Positions 1-9,819 of a stretch of 64,000 nt of DNA are shown here, in pieces. The stretch spans positions 1 to 64,000 of IMG/VR virus record IMGVR_UViG_3300032030_000015. The stretch is one strand, 5' to 3'. Position numbers and translations under genes: made by a program. The notes below the pieces were generated by a model, which worked only from the letters and a program-made list of their open reading frames with translations, was not told the origin of the DNA and did no database searches. Source of the DNA: a virus (Duplodnaviria; Caudoviricetes). Each line of letters begins with the position of its first letter. Position 1 is the first letter of the stretch.

Positions 1-572
1 TTGCGCGAGGTGTAGGCCCCGAAGTCGGCAGCGTTCAGGATGCGCCACCCGAAGTCGTAGCCGTAGTCGCAGACGTGCATCACCCAGCGCATGTAGTCAA
101 TCCCCTTGCGCTTGCTGATGGGCTTGCCGTTCTCGTCGAGCGCACCCCAGCACATAAACTCCTCCACGTTCTCTATCTGGATGTAGTCTGGCTGCAGTGC
201 CTCGATGTAGCGGAACATGTGCTCGGCCAGCGTCCGGCTGTCGGCATCGCGCGGCTGTCCGCCCTTCGCCTTGCTGAAATTAGTACATTCCAGTGAAGCC
301 CACAACACCACGCGGGCCTTGGGGTATTCCGCCTTCATCTTCTGCAGGTGCTCAACCATCGGCGACAGTTCCAGCGTGCGGATGTCCTCGGTGAAGTGGA
401 GTGTGTGCGGATGGTTGGCCTGATGCGAGAGAATGGCATTCTTGTCGTGATTCACGCAGGCCACCACCTTGGCGCACGGCATCCCGTCGTGCCGGGCATA
501 CTCCACGCCCGTTGACGTGCCGCCCGCCCCGCAAAACAGGTCGATGTATAATAGGTTGATGTCTTGGGTCAT
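1..572 (-). CDS. C5 DNA cytosine methyltransferase (5' part; truncated by window edge)
   Basis: Manual translation MTQDINLLYIDLFCGAGG (motif I), WASLECTNFS (motif IV), IENVEEF (motif VI); ATG at 572 overlaps upstream TGA. Confidence 0.9.
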   Translation of the reverse strand, partial: MTQDINLLYIDLFCGAGGTSTGVEYARHDGMPCAKVVACVNHDKNAILSHQANHPHTLHFTEDIRTLELSPMVEHLQKMKAEYPKARVVLWASLECTNFSKAKGGQPRDADSRTLAEHMFRYIEALQPDYIQIENVEEFMCWGALDENGKPISKRKGIDYMRWVMHVCDYGYDFGWRILNAADFGAYTSR

Positions 573-793
573 AACGTATTCTTATAATCTTGTAAAGTTC
601 TTCTAACTACATCGTCTTCTGCCAAGTTATTCAATAATATTGCTTCATCAATCTCGTTGGCAGTGACACCAGCACCTTTTAGCACGGCTATTACTTCCAT
701 ATCTCCGCTTCTGTCACTAAGAAGAAGTTCATTTGCAAAGGAGCAAAAGCAGCTCCACCATCCTTGGTTAAATTCAGTCATATCCAAATCCAT
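569..793 (-). CDS. hypothetical protein (AT-richer than neighbours)
   Basis: ORF in minus-strand operon; ATG at 793 chosen over TTG at 820. Confidence 0.6.
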   Translation of the reverse strand: MDLDMTEFNQGWWSCFCSFANELLLSDRSGDMEVIAVLKGAGVTANEIDEAILLNNLAEDDVVRRTLQDYKNTL

Positions 794-797
794 TATA

Positions 798-1088
798 TTA
801 TTCAACTGGTAAAGTTTCAAAAATCTCCTGGCCGTTCAGTTTCGGGATGGGCAGCCAGTGCGTGATGCCGAGGTGGCCGTAGCCGTGGAGCCTTGCGAAG
901 CCGTGGCCGTCGGTGTGCTGTCCCGGCTTGATGCGTTTGGTAATCCAGATGTCATGGTACTTGATGTTGCCAAGCACAATGCCGTCAAAACTCTCGTCCA
1001 GAACGCCATAGACAAAGACGTGCTCGCCTGGCTCCGGCAACCGCTCGCCAATGCTGATCCATTTGTTCTCTGTTACTTCGTTTGCCAT
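798..1088 (-). CDS. DUF551-like phage protein
   Basis: WISIGERLPE...ITHWLPIP signature. Confidence 0.75.
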   Translation of the reverse strand: MANEVTENKWISIGERLPEPGEHVFVYGVLDESFDGIVLGNIKYHDIWITKRIKPGQHTDGHGFARLHGYGHLGITHWLPIPKLNGQEIFETLPVE

Positions 1089-1289
1089 AATCTTATTTCT
1101 TTTATTTATTCGTTAATTCCATAAATCCCTCGCGATGCTCCTCGTCGCAGTGGTCCATCCTGTAGTACTGGCCCTCCTGTCGGCTCGTCATTATCCGCTG
1201 GCCGTCCACATAGCGGCGGCAGCGCTCGCGCAGTCCGCAGCCCTTTCCGTTGCAGTAGGTGATGTCTCGGTTTGCCATAGTCGTTACCT

Positions 1290-2267
1290 TTATATATTAA
1301 ACATCGTCCAGTCCTTGCCGACGGCGTTGGGGTAGTCGTCGAAGATCTTGTGCAGCTCGTCGTCGGTGAACAGGCGGTGCTTGCCGGTGCCGCCGATAAA
1401 GTCTCGGAACGACTGCTTCCAGTAGACGGTGGCGCGGTCGCGGGTCAGCTGCATCACGTCCTGCACGAAGGCCAGGCACTCGGCAGCGTCGTAGGGCCTG
1501 AACTCCTGGCCGCCGAGCGTGAACCCCTTGCGGCACACCTTCGTGCGGCTGGTCATCAGACCGATCTTGAAGTGCTGGCAGCCTGCGTCGAGCGCCTGCT
1601 GAATCATGCGGTAGCTTCTGCGAAATTCGATGACCGGCTCAATGCTCGCCCACGTCTTGAAACTCCTTTCGGCCAGGCGTTGCATGGCATTGATACGCTC
1701 CTCGTTAGAAGATGCGTTCGCTTCCAGTTCGTTGTGGCCGGTAAGCGTGAAGCCAAAGGCGATGATGGCCGTGTCGGTTGTGAAGTGCGGATTGTCGATG
1801 AAGCTGAGATGTCCGCTGCCTGAATGATAGAACGGAATGCTACGCCGCCAGTCTTCCTCTTTGTCAAGGCCGATTATTTCCTCGTCGAACGGGTCGAGGT
1901 TGAGGAATGTAGCGTCTTTGGTGAGCATCGTCACAGGTATGCGCATCATCAGGGCGTCGTGGGCGATAGTGAAATTCAGATTGCGCGTCTCCTTGATGCA
2001 AGGGTCTGAGGTGAACGTGAAGAACAGTCCGCCGTCGCGGATGATGGCCTCGCGGTTCTCGATGATTTCGGCCATCGCCAGGTGGTAGGCGTGCTCCTTG
2101 TTGATGACGTGCGCCTTCAGTTTCGCCACCGAGCCGCCCAGGTTCTTTGCGCCGGGGCCCGACTGCAAAAAGCAATAGCGGCACTGGTTGGGGCATCCGA
2201 GGTAGGCGTTCACCGCCCAGCGTCCGTACTCCTCGGCATTTCCCTTTGGTCTTGATAGTATCTTCAT
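1290..2267 (-). CDS. radical SAM protein
   Basis: CPNQCRYC (CxxxCxxC) motif, FTSDP, WASIEP. Confidence 0.85.
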   Translation of the reverse strand: MKILSRPKGNAEEYGRWAVNAYLGCPNQCRYCFLQSGPGAKNLGGSVAKLKAHVINKEHAYHLAMAEIIENREAIIRDGGLFFTFTSDPCIKETRNLNFTIAHDALMMRIPVTMLTKDATFLNLDPFDEEIIGLDKEEDWRRSIPFYHSGSGHLSFIDNPHFTTDTAIIAFGFTLTGHNELEANASSNEERINAMQRLAERSFKTWASIEPVIEFRRSYRMIQQALDAGCQHFKIGLMTSRTKVCRKGFTLGGQEFRPYDAAECLAFVQDVMQLTRDRATVYWKQSFRDFIGGTGKHRLFTDDELHKIFDDYPNAVGKDWTMFNI

Positions 2268-2279
2268 AATCCTTACAGT

Positions 2280-2717
2280 TTACATGTTCCACAATCGCTG
2301 CCACCAGTTACGTCCTTTCAGGCGTTGCAATTCCAGTTCGGCGTCTAACTTCTGCCGCTGGCACTGTTCAAGCGACTTCTCCGCACGGTCGAGGTTGTCC
2401 TGCAGTTCGTCGGACTTCTTCATCCATCCCTCTTCGCATTCGTGGATTTTATCGTCAATTTCCTTCTTCAAGTCCTCGCAGTTCTCCAGCCTATCCTCGA
2501 TGATTTCCTTCGTACCGAGGGCACGGGGATTGGTCGTCAGGCGGGTCTCGACGATGGTCTGCCGGCGCACCCTCACCTTGTTCTCGTCGCAAATCTGGTC
2601 GCGCTCTTCCACCAGCGCGTCGTTGTCTTCTTCCAACTTTCGGATCTTGTCGCGCATTTCGTTGTACTCCTTCAGCGACAGTCTGACCTCGCCGAAGTCT
2701 GTGATAATTTCTGCCAT
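2280..2717 (-). CDS. coiled-coil hypothetical protein
   Basis: E/K-rich heptads, C-terminal RNWWQRLWN; start MAEII at 2717. Confidence 0.7.
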   Translation of the reverse strand: MAEIITDFGEVRLSLKEYNEMRDKIRKLEEDNDALVEERDQICDENKVRVRRQTIVETRLTTNPRALGTKEIIEDRLENCEDLKKEIDDKIHECEEGWMKKSDELQDNLDRAEKSLEQCQRQKLDAELELQRLKGRNWWQRLWNM

Positions 2718-2722
2718 AATCT

Positions 2723-3025
2723 TTACTTGTTTAAGTGAATAATAAATTGACGATACTCTTCCATTGCCTTGTGCAGCTGCGAGGCGTCGGTGGTCAGGTA
2801 CTGCGCCGCCGAGTACATTGCATCGGCCATGCGTTTCAGTTGCTTCAGTTTCTTGTCGGCGAACATCACACCGACGCTTAGATATTCCTCGACGGCCTTG
2901 CGAGGTATCGGGTGCTCGCGGTCGTCGTTCTCGTAGGCGAAGTAGCCATATCCGCAAATCTTCTTTGCCAGCTGCTCTATCGTTTCCGAGCCGTCCACTA
3001 TCTGTTTCTTGAATTTCTGTTCCAT
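2723..3025 (-). CDS. hypothetical protein
   Basis: ORF with A-rich leader in operon. Confidence 0.65.
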   Translation of the reverse strand: MEQKFKKQIVDGSETIEQLAKKICGYGYFAYENDDREHPIPRKAVEEYLSVGVMFADKKLKQLKRMADAMYSAAQYLTTDASQLHKAMEEYRQFIIHLNK

Positions 3026-3043
3026 AACTTTATAGTTTTAATT

Positions 3044-3508
3044 TTACCACTCAAACCCGCTCATGCGGATTACCTGGCGGTCGTATTCTTCGTTTACCTT
3101 GCGCATCTCTTCCATCGCCTTGACGTCCTCCGGAATTTGCTCCCACCGCTCCTTGCTCATGAACAGGGAGGCGACGAAGAACCCGGCGAGAGGTCCTGCT
3201 GAAGCCATGCACTCCAGTTCCTTTGGCGGCGGGATCGGCTCCGGGCGTCCGATGCGGACGGTCTGCTTCTCGCAGTTGCCCGTCACGTCGGTGACCGTCT
3301 GCTGGCGCATAGCCTCCTGTATGGCGCTGGCTACCTTCGACTGCTCCCCTTGCATGAAAGCCATCGTCTCCTGCCAACGGTCATACACCCGCTTGTAGGC
3401 TGGCGACTCGGCGCAGCGCCTCAGATGCTCAGCCCGCCGTGCCTGCTCCACCTGCTCGTTGTGGCGCATGGCCTCGCCAGTGTCTATGTGTCGTTCTCCG
3501 CTGTACAT
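3044..3508 (-). CDS. hypothetical protein
   Basis: ORF in operon. Confidence 0.6.
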   Translation of the reverse strand: MYSGERHIDTGEAMRHNEQVEQARRAEHLRRCAESPAYKRVYDRWQETMAFMQGEQSKVASAIQEAMRQQTVTDVTGNCEKQTVRIGRPEPIPPPKELECMASAGPLAGFFVASLFMSKERWEQIPEDVKAMEEMRKVNEEYDRQVIRMSGFEW

Positions 3509-3511
3509 CGT

Positions 3512-3940
3512 TCACTCCTCCTTTTCTTCAATTTTGCGATACTCCAGCCCAAAGCACCAGCGCAGCATCAGCCGCTTGAAACAGCCGACAGGCTCATAGA
3601 CGGAAATTTCTACCCGCAAATAGGGGCAGTACAGATATGCGACCGGTACCAGTAACTTTATACTCTCTCCAGCTGCAGCCTCACACATCTGCCTCATGGC
3701 ATTGCCAAGGTTCTTAAAGGCGGTAGCTGCGTCACTAACGGGCTTCTGTACATTGGTTTCTTCTTTCTTTTCTGCCATAGTCGTTTCTTTGTTGTTAATG
3801 TTCCTTACAATCTCACTTAGCGTATTGTCAGCCTGTGCAAGTTCCGCTGCCGACAGTCCGCACTGAGCCACCCTTTCGTGGAAGGCGGCACGCTCGTCGT
3901 CGGTCGCACTGAGATATTCATGTATAAGTCTGTCGATCAT
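3512..3940 (-). CDS. hypothetical protein
   Basis: ORF in operon; possible internal start at 3778. Confidence 0.55.
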   Translation of the reverse strand: MIDRLIHEYLSATDDERAAFHERVAQCGLSAAELAQADNTLSEIVRNINNKETTMAEKKEETNVQKPVSDAATAFKNLGNAMRQMCEAAAGESIKLLVPVAYLYCPYLRVEISVYEPVGCFKRLMLRWCFGLEYRKIEEKEE

Positions 3941-4054
3941 CGTTCACTCCTCATTCTGCCTATACTTCTCCACTGCACGTCGGGCCTGTTCGCGGGCGAT
4001 GAGCTGCATGCCCTTGTCGTCGGGCCAGACGGCGGCCATCTCTTCCATAGCTTC

Positions 4055-4675
4055 TCACTTTATCTTGATTTCTTCCAGTCCATTGTCTCTCATTTGCGGC
4101 ATGGCGATGATTTCGATGCCGGGGGCGGCAAGGAGCACGGCCTGCGGCGGCGTGGCGTGGCGCAGTTGCAGGGTGTCGGTCTGAAGATACTCCATCGTGC
4201 GGAGCAACAGTTTCAGGTGGCGGTAGCAGAGGGCGCAGCCGTGCAGCGTGAAGTGGTACTTCGCGGCGGCGTATGCGCTAATCTCTCCTGTGCCGTCGCA
4301 CTCCGGACAGGTGTCCAGGTGGTGATGATGGTTGAAGAGCCGGTCGCGGTATTCCCACTCCACCTGCCCTTCGCCCTTGCACTCGGGGCACTGGCGGCTC
4401 TCCTCCTCTGGTGCTTTCTTCAGTGCCAGGCTCAGTTCGCGGTGTGTCAGCGGCTCGTCGCGGTCGGCCTCGGGGATGACGCTGGCCGTGCGCGGTGGAG
4501 TCAGTCCGTTTGGTTTCTCCTGATAGTCGCCGTCGCACATGGCAGCGTCGATGCGGATGAGCACATGCCCGTCTGTGGCGCACACCTTCCCATCCTGAAG
4601 GAACGGCTGCTGCAGCACCTCGCGGTTGTTGTACGGGTCGTAGTACAGTCTCAGTAATTCTCTTTCGTTTGTCAT
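4055..4675 (-). CDS. protein with ATDGH motif and DnaJ-type CxxCxGxG zinc finger
   Basis: CATDGHVLI; CPECKGEG and CPECDGTG; start MTNER at 4675 after AAAAGCTAC leader. Confidence 0.7.
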   Translation of the reverse strand: MTNERELLRLYYDPYNNREVLQQPFLQDGKVCATDGHVLIRIDAAMCDGDYQEKPNGLTPPRTASVIPEADRDEPLTHRELSLALKKAPEEESRQCPECKGEGQVEWEYRDRLFNHHHHLDTCPECDGTGEISAYAAAKYHFTLHGCALCYRHLKLLLRTMEYLQTDTLQLRHATPPQAVLLAAPGIEIIAMPQMRDNGLEEIKIK

Positions 4676-4689
4676 AATCTCGTAGCTTT

Positions 4690-4896
4690 TTAATTGTTTT
4701 CCTTTTCTATCTCGCGAAACTTCTCGCGGTTCTTGTGGTACACCACGAGCCAGCCGATGTTGTCGATGCCACAGCAGATGCCCCACACGAACATGGCGAC
4801 CTTCAGCGACGGCATGAACAGCGTCGAGAGCGTCCACCGCTGGTTCCGGTCGGGGTGGATGTTGAAGAAGTCGAGGATTCGCCGGAAGAGTTTCAT
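4690..4896 (-). CDS. small membrane-associated hypothetical protein
   Basis: MKLFRRIL..., hydrophobic stretch; ATGA overlap with upstream gene. Confidence 0.55.
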   Translation of the reverse strand: MKLFRRILDFFNIHPDRNQRWTLSTLFMPSLKVAMFVWGICCGIDNIGWLVVYHKNREKFREIEKENN

Positions 4897-5222
4897 GACA
4901 GCGCCCCCTTCCTTTGCTCCATCCATGTGGCATAGAGGTTCAGGTCGTGCTGCAACTTCACTGTGCCGTCGCGGAAGTAGGCGATAATCTCGTTGGCTAT
5001 CGCCTCGTCCTGCTGCGTCCACTCGTCAACCTTCATCCTCGAAAGTGCCGTCTGTAACTTGCGGAAACACTCGTGATACGCCTGCCGCCTGATGTCGATG
5101 GCCTGCTTCTCGTACATGAACTTGTGCTCGTCCATAAAGGCAATCTTCTCCCAGCACTCGTCTTCCTTCCGGTCGAACTCGTCGAGCACTGCCTGCAGTT
5201 GTTCTTGTTCCTTTGTTGTCAT
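4893..5222 (-). CDS. hypothetical protein
   Basis: ORF with AAAAGCTAC leader. Confidence 0.65.
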   Translation of the reverse strand: MTTKEQEQLQAVLDEFDRKEDECWEKIAFMDEHKFMYEKQAIDIRRQAYHECFRKLQTALSRMKVDEWTQQDEAIANEIIAYFRDGTVKLQHDLNLYATWMEQRKGALS

Positions 5223-5250
5223 AATCTCGTAGCTTTTTTAATTGTTAATA

Positions 5251-6201
5251 TTAAATGTGATGCCGAAGTACCGCTCCAGAAACTCCCGGTAATTGGGGGG
5301 GGGCAAATTGCGTCACCGTCTTGTGGTCTTCCCAGTAGCCTTGACGCTCGAAGAACACCTCACGGGTGAACCACTCGAACACGTCGCCGTACTTCTGAAC
5401 GGTCTCGTTGTCGGGGTGCGTGTCGATGAACTTCTGAGCCGCACGGCAGTAGGCCTTGACCATGCCGGGATAGCGGCGGAAGTAGTCGATGCGCTTCTTG
5501 TAGTAGGCCAGCGGACAGCACATGCAGCCGAGGCGGCGCTTGGGGTCGATGGTGCCGTCCTCGCGGTAGTACAGGGGATGCACCTTGATGCCACGCTCCC
5601 CGATGAAGTCCACCACGTCGTTGTCCGTCCAGTCGAGGATGGGGTAGAAGGCTTCGGCTGTCGTCTTCTTGCGACCCTTGCCATAGACGCGGCACTCCGT
5701 CGGCTCGCTGTATCGCCTGTCGCGGTCGGTACTCTCGGCACAGCGGATGCCCATGATGCTGCGGTCGAGCACCTTGTACTCCTTCAGCACCGAGCAGCAC
5801 GAGCGCTGGTGTCGGTTGGGGAATCCGCCGTATGCCAGGTATTGGAAGAACGTCTGCTTCGGACGCACCACCTCGGCTCCCTGCTCCATGGCGTGCTTGA
5901 TGGTGCCCGGCGGGTCGATGGTCGTGTTCTTGTAGATGGCACGGTACTTGATGCCTGCCATGCGGGTCAGCTCCAGTATCACGTCCGAGTCCTTGCCGCC
6001 CGAATAGGCCACCTCCACCACCTCGCCGTCAGCGCCCGCCGCCTGTATCAGCCGCACGGCCCTCTCGACCTTCTTCTGCAGTTCGGTCTTGACGGTCTCC
6101 ATGTCAATCCATTCGCCGTCGCGCCATTCGTACAAGTTGCCGTCGTCCAGCCTCATGCGGTCTCCGTTGTGATGTTCCGGCTTCGTTTTCTTCTTGGTCA
6201 T
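5251..6201 (-). CDS. PAPS reductase family protein
   Basis: PP-loop VAYSGGKDS, CCSVLKE, GIRCAES, RLGCMCCP. Confidence 0.85.
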   Translation of the reverse strand: MTKKKTKPEHHNGDRMRLDDGNLYEWRDGEWIDMETVKTELQKKVERAVRLIQAAGADGEVVEVAYSGGKDSDVILELTRMAGIKYRAIYKNTTIDPPGTIKHAMEQGAEVVRPKQTFFQYLAYGGFPNRHQRSCCSVLKEYKVLDRSIMGIRCAESTDRDRRYSEPTECRVYGKGRKKTTAEAFYPILDWTDNDVVDFIGERGIKVHPLYYREDGTIDPKRRLGCMCCPLAYYKKRIDYFRRYPGMVKAYCRAAQKFIDTHPDNETVQKYGDVFEWFTREVFFERQGYWEDHKTVTQFAPPQLPGVSGAVLRHHI

Positions 6202-6213
6202 AATCCTTATCCT

Positions 6214-7257
6214 TTAATGTTTCCTTTTGATTTTCTGGTTCATCTTCTCGATTTCCTTCGCCTCCTTGGTCATGGTGTTCAGGGTGCCGAAGACGATGGG
6301 GAGGTTGGCGTCGTACACCTGCTGGGGATCGTTGTAGCCTTGGTACTTCATGACGGCGTTGATCGTGTCCACCTCGCCGCTGAGGGCGGTGTGGAGGGGG
6401 TCGCTCTTCGACGAGGAGCCGCCGAAGAGGAGGGGATAGACCGACGGGTAGTAATTCTGCATGGCGGTCTGATAGACCTGGAAGCAGATGTGGAACAGGG
6501 GGCTGCCCTGCGCCAGCTGCTCGCGCCAGAAGGCGACGGTCTGCTCGGCACGGTCGGCGTCGTACTTGAAGCGGTGCCGGGGGGCGAAGGGGTCGGCGTC
6601 GGAACCTGTCGCCGCCTCGGGCGTCATCGAGTAGGCGAGGAACTGGGCCTGCATCGAGAGGGCGTCGTCGTCGCTCGTGCCCTCCTGGAATATCATCGGC
6701 ACGATGGCCTGCAGCGCCCTGTACTGGTGCCATGTCAGGTTGTTCATCGCCACCTGTGGCAGGGCGAAGGTGATGCCGTCTATCGTGACCGTCTCCTGGG
6801 GCAGGGCCATGGCGTCGCGCCAGTCGGTGGCGGGGTTGACGTAGCCCGGATGTCCCTCGCGGCGCTCGCGGACCACCTTGCCCTCGTCGTCGCGCTCCTC
6901 GCGGTCGCCCTGGTCGCCGTAGGGGAACTGGAGCCAGGGCAGGGCCTGCTTCGCCATCCATGCCAGTTCCCTTGCGGTCACGACGTGACCCGGTTCATGG
7001 TTCATGGTTAATGGTTCACGGTTAATGAGGTACCGCTGTTCGCCGGTATGCTCGTCGATGCCGTAACCCTGAACCGTGCGCTCGGCTTTGCCGCTTGGCT
7101 CGTCCAAGAACCCTGAACCTTGAACCAAGGTGAGCAGCGCCGCCGCAGCCGTCACGTCCGGGTTGCCGCCGTAGCGCATCTTCGCCGTCCAGACATCGCA
7201 GAGCTGCTGCCACGTCAGGGCCGACCAAGACTGGGGGAGAGGGGGTAACTGTTGCAT
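6214..7257 (-). CDS. phage hypothetical protein (possibly tail-assembly related)
   Basis: 347-aa ORF; contains short in-frame repeat tracts; function is a guess. Confidence 0.6.
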   Translation of the reverse strand: MQQLPPLPQSWSALTWQQLCDVWTAKMRYGGNPDVTAAAALLTLVQGSGFLDEPSGKAERTVQGYGIDEHTGEQRYLINREPLTMNHEPGHVVTARELAWMAKQALPWLQFPYGDQGDREERDDEGKVVRERREGHPGYVNPATDWRDAMALPQETVTIDGITFALPQVAMNNLTWHQYRALQAIVPMIFQEGTSDDDALSMQAQFLAYSMTPEAATGSDADPFAPRHRFKYDADRAEQTVAFWREQLAQGSPLFHICFQVYQTAMQNYYPSVYPLLFGGSSSKSDPLHTALSGEVDTINAVMKYQGYNDPQQVYDANLPIVFGTLNTMTKEAKEIEKMNQKIKRKH

Positions 7258-7262
7258 AGGGC

Positions 7263-7874
7263 TTAGAGAGTTATATGTTTGTTTGCCAATGTCTTCATCA
7301 GTTCACGCCCAACGGCCACGATGCTCTTCGTGTCGCAGCAGTTCAGGCAATGTGTCTTGCCGTTGAAGTAGAAGGCGCAAAGGCGCAACCCCTCGCAGTG
7401 GTCGATAGCGTCGATGGTGTAGGTGTGCTTGCGAAGATACAACTCCCGTACATCGACGGGATTGTCAAGCTGTATAAAGCCCATCCTCTTGACAGCCTTC
7501 TCAATCATCTTGGCGTAGTAGTCCTTGTTTTCGACGAAGAAGATCTTGCCCCAGTGGGCGATGCCGGTCTTGCACAACTTCTCGGCGACCTCCTTCCTCA
7601 TCGTGAACGGTTGGGCACAGAGCGGCCATATCATGTTGTCGTCGGCACAGACGAATCCGTGACCGTCAGCCCACAATGCCCACGTGTTCTTTGTGGCCCA
7701 TGACGTTCTGTTCATCATCACGCCATACCCTTCCATCGTGTCGGGATTGTCGGCGAAGAACATACCGCCCACATAGACGGGCTTCAGTTTGCCCTCCCAT
7801 CCTGCGGCACTCACCATCTTGGCCTTCAGTCTCGCCTTCTCTTCCTGCAGAATTTTCTCCAGCTTCTTGTCCAT
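7263..7874 (-). CDS. hypothetical protein
   Basis: ORF in operon. Confidence 0.65.
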   Translation of the reverse strand: MDKKLEKILQEEKARLKAKMVSAAGWEGKLKPVYVGGMFFADNPDTMEGYGVMMNRTSWATKNTWALWADGHGFVCADDNMIWPLCAQPFTMRKEVAEKLCKTGIAHWGKIFFVENKDYYAKMIEKAVKRMGFIQLDNPVDVRELYLRKHTYTIDAIDHCEGLRLCAFYFNGKTHCLNCCDTKSIVAVGRELMKTLANKHITL

Positions 7875-7877
7875 AGG

Positions 7878-8405
7878 TCAGCCCTCCTTCTTCTCTCCTT
7901 GCGACTCCTCGAACGATGGTGGGGTTGGCTGCTTGCCGAATCTTCCGTCAAGTTCAAACTTCACCTTCACGCCGACGCACTCGGCCAGCCACTCGGCTCC
8001 TACCTTCACGCCCTCGGCAAAGCACTGGCGGTTGTCCTGTCCTTCCTTGGTCGGGTCGTACTTACGCAATTCCCAGCTGTTCTCTGCCACTTGGTTGATG
8101 GAGTCTTTCAGTCCCTCGATGCAGGCCGTGCGGTTCTTCAGCAGCCAGTTCACCTTGCGGGCTTCGTCCAACTCGAAAGCGCACTTGTTGTACTTGTCAA
8201 TCCACTGCTTCAGGATTTCGTCCTTGGCTTCGAGGTTCTTCTTGTACGTCTCGGTGTCCTGCAGGAACCTCTGCTGTGCCACCTTTACGATTTCGTTGTT
8301 GGCGGCAACCGCCCTGTTGTTGGCGTTGTCGATGAAGTTAGCGTAGATGAATACGCACGTCTGGGCTATCATAGCCACAATCAAAATGATAATCAATGTT
8401 TCCAT
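7878..8405 (-). CDS. membrane-anchored coiled-coil protein
   Basis: N-terminal hydrophobic helix then coiled coil. Confidence 0.7.
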   Translation of the reverse strand: METLIIILIVAMIAQTCVFIYANFIDNANNRAVAANNEIVKVAQQRFLQDTETYKKNLEAKDEILKQWIDKYNKCAFELDEARKVNWLLKNRTACIEGLKDSINQVAENSWELRKYDPTKEGQDNRQCFAEGVKVGAEWLAECVGVKVKFELDGRFGKQPTPPSFEESQGEKKEG

Positions 8406-8439
8406 ATTCTCTTTCTGTTTTGTTATCGGCTGTCGCCGA

Positions 8440-8512
8440 GAAAGTCCCGATTAAGCGAGTGCAATCAAGTGTGCTTGAATTGCCGAGCGTGAGGGACTTC
8501 GGCTTTAGCCAA
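8440..8512 (+). repeat. dispersed ~75-nt palindromic element (intergenic copy)
   Basis: CGATTAAGCGAG...GCCGAGCGTGAG core shared with other copies. Confidence 0.7.
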
Positions 8513-8533
8513 ATTATCCAAATCCGTTTCAAA

Positions 8534-8911
8534 TTATTCACTTGGAGTTTGCCGACGCGCTTCCGCCACGGCCTCCTTCAGTTTATTATAAAGGTAGTCG
8601 GCTGCCCGTTGGTCGAGGTAGCGCAGATTGAAGGGGTGCTTGCGCTCCGGGTAGTAGATGTCGCCGAAGTAAATCCCCGTCGTACTGCCTTCGATGAACT
8701 TTGCAGGCCTGTCCCAAATGGTCAGCACGCAGCCGCTCGGCATCTGGCACCAGAAGCCGTTGCTTGCGTCGCCCGACGAGCGGTCCGTCAGCCATGCGTA
8801 GTCCCTGAGCAGGTCGGCTATCGTCTGTCTGGCTGGCGGCTTCTGCTGGCTGCGATGCTCATAGCGCCGATGGGCCAGCGTCCTTGCATGTCGTGTATTT
8901 TTGCGGCTCAT
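8534..8911 (-). CDS. hypothetical protein
   Basis: ORF in operon. Confidence 0.55.
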   Translation of the reverse strand: MSRKNTRHARTLAHRRYEHRSQQKPPARQTIADLLRDYAWLTDRSSGDASNGFWCQMPSGCVLTIWDRPAKFIEGSTTGIYFGDIYYPERKHPFNLRYLDQRAADYLYNKLKEAVAEARRQTPSE

Positions 8912-9063
8912 ACTTCGTCAACATAAACATCGTTAGACAAATGGTCTGGAGTGACCGTATATGCCGTGTAGTTCTTTTTCAGAACGACGGTAAAGGTTAC
9001 TATCTCTGCACCTTCGCCCATTTCCTTTTGCAAGGTGTCTATCAGTTCCTGCATCATACCGCT

Positions 9064-9393
9064 CTACCCCTTTCCTTTCAGTTTCGCTTCAAACATCGCT
9101 TTGAGGGCTTCCTCGCCGCGTCCCATCTTAACCATCAGGTGGCCCACCATCGTGTCGAAGTCGTCGGACTGCACGAGCAGCAGGGCTATCAGTGCCAGGT
9201 GCTTGATCTGCGACGACTGTATGGCCGTCACCTCCAACACCTTGTCGAGCATCCCCTGCTCCGACCATCCGCGCTGCCGCAGTTCGGGCAGGTTGGCGGC
9301 GAACTTGTCGCTCGACGTAATCATGCCGAGGATGTACTTCAGCAGCGCCGACTTGTCCTTCAGCAGGTTCACAATGTCAATCTGTTCGTTCAT
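9064..9393 (-). CDS. hypothetical protein
   Basis: ORF in operon. Confidence 0.65.
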   Translation of the reverse strand: MNEQIDIVNLLKDKSALLKYILGMITSSDKFAANLPELRQRGWSEQGMLDKVLEVTAIQSSQIKHLALIALLLVQSDDFDTMVGHLMVKMGRGEEALKAMFEAKLKGKG

Positions 9394-9396
9394 AGG

Positions 9397-9801
9397 TCAG
9401 TCCTCTTTATCTAATATTCCACAATCCTCAAACCATTTCTCGATACGCTTCCAGTCCACATAGGGACGTGGCGACAGGGTATCGTCGTAGATGAGAGGCA
9501 CACCGAGGGCGTGGTCGTCGATAATCAGATCAAGGCGAGGCTTGGCAACGATGGCCGTGCAACGTGGATTCTCGTTGATGCCGATATAAGGGATGTCGTT
9601 CTCCACGAACCACGCAAGCATTTCGGCAAATCGCTGCTTGGCTGGGCCTACCTCGTTGGGACTGACGGATGTCATCAGCACGAACTCATGGCCTTTTGCC
9701 AGCAACCGCTTCAACACGGGCACTGCTCCGATATCCTTGCCGATGCTGTAGGGATAGTCATACGACATCAGCGTTCCGTTGAAATCAAGTCCGATTACCA
9801 T
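9397..9801 (-). CDS. HAD-like hydrolase, copy 1
   Basis: IGLDFNGT and LIIDD motifs; near-identical to 24950-25363. Confidence 0.75.
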   Translation of the reverse strand: MVIGLDFNGTLMSYDYPYSIGKDIGAVPVLKRLLAKGHEFVLMTSVSPNEVGPAKQRFAEMLAWFVENDIPYIGINENPRCTAIVAKPRLDLIIDDHALGVPLIYDDTLSPRPYVDWKRIEKWFEDCGILDKED

Positions 9802-9819
9802 AGGTCAGTCCTCCCCGTT

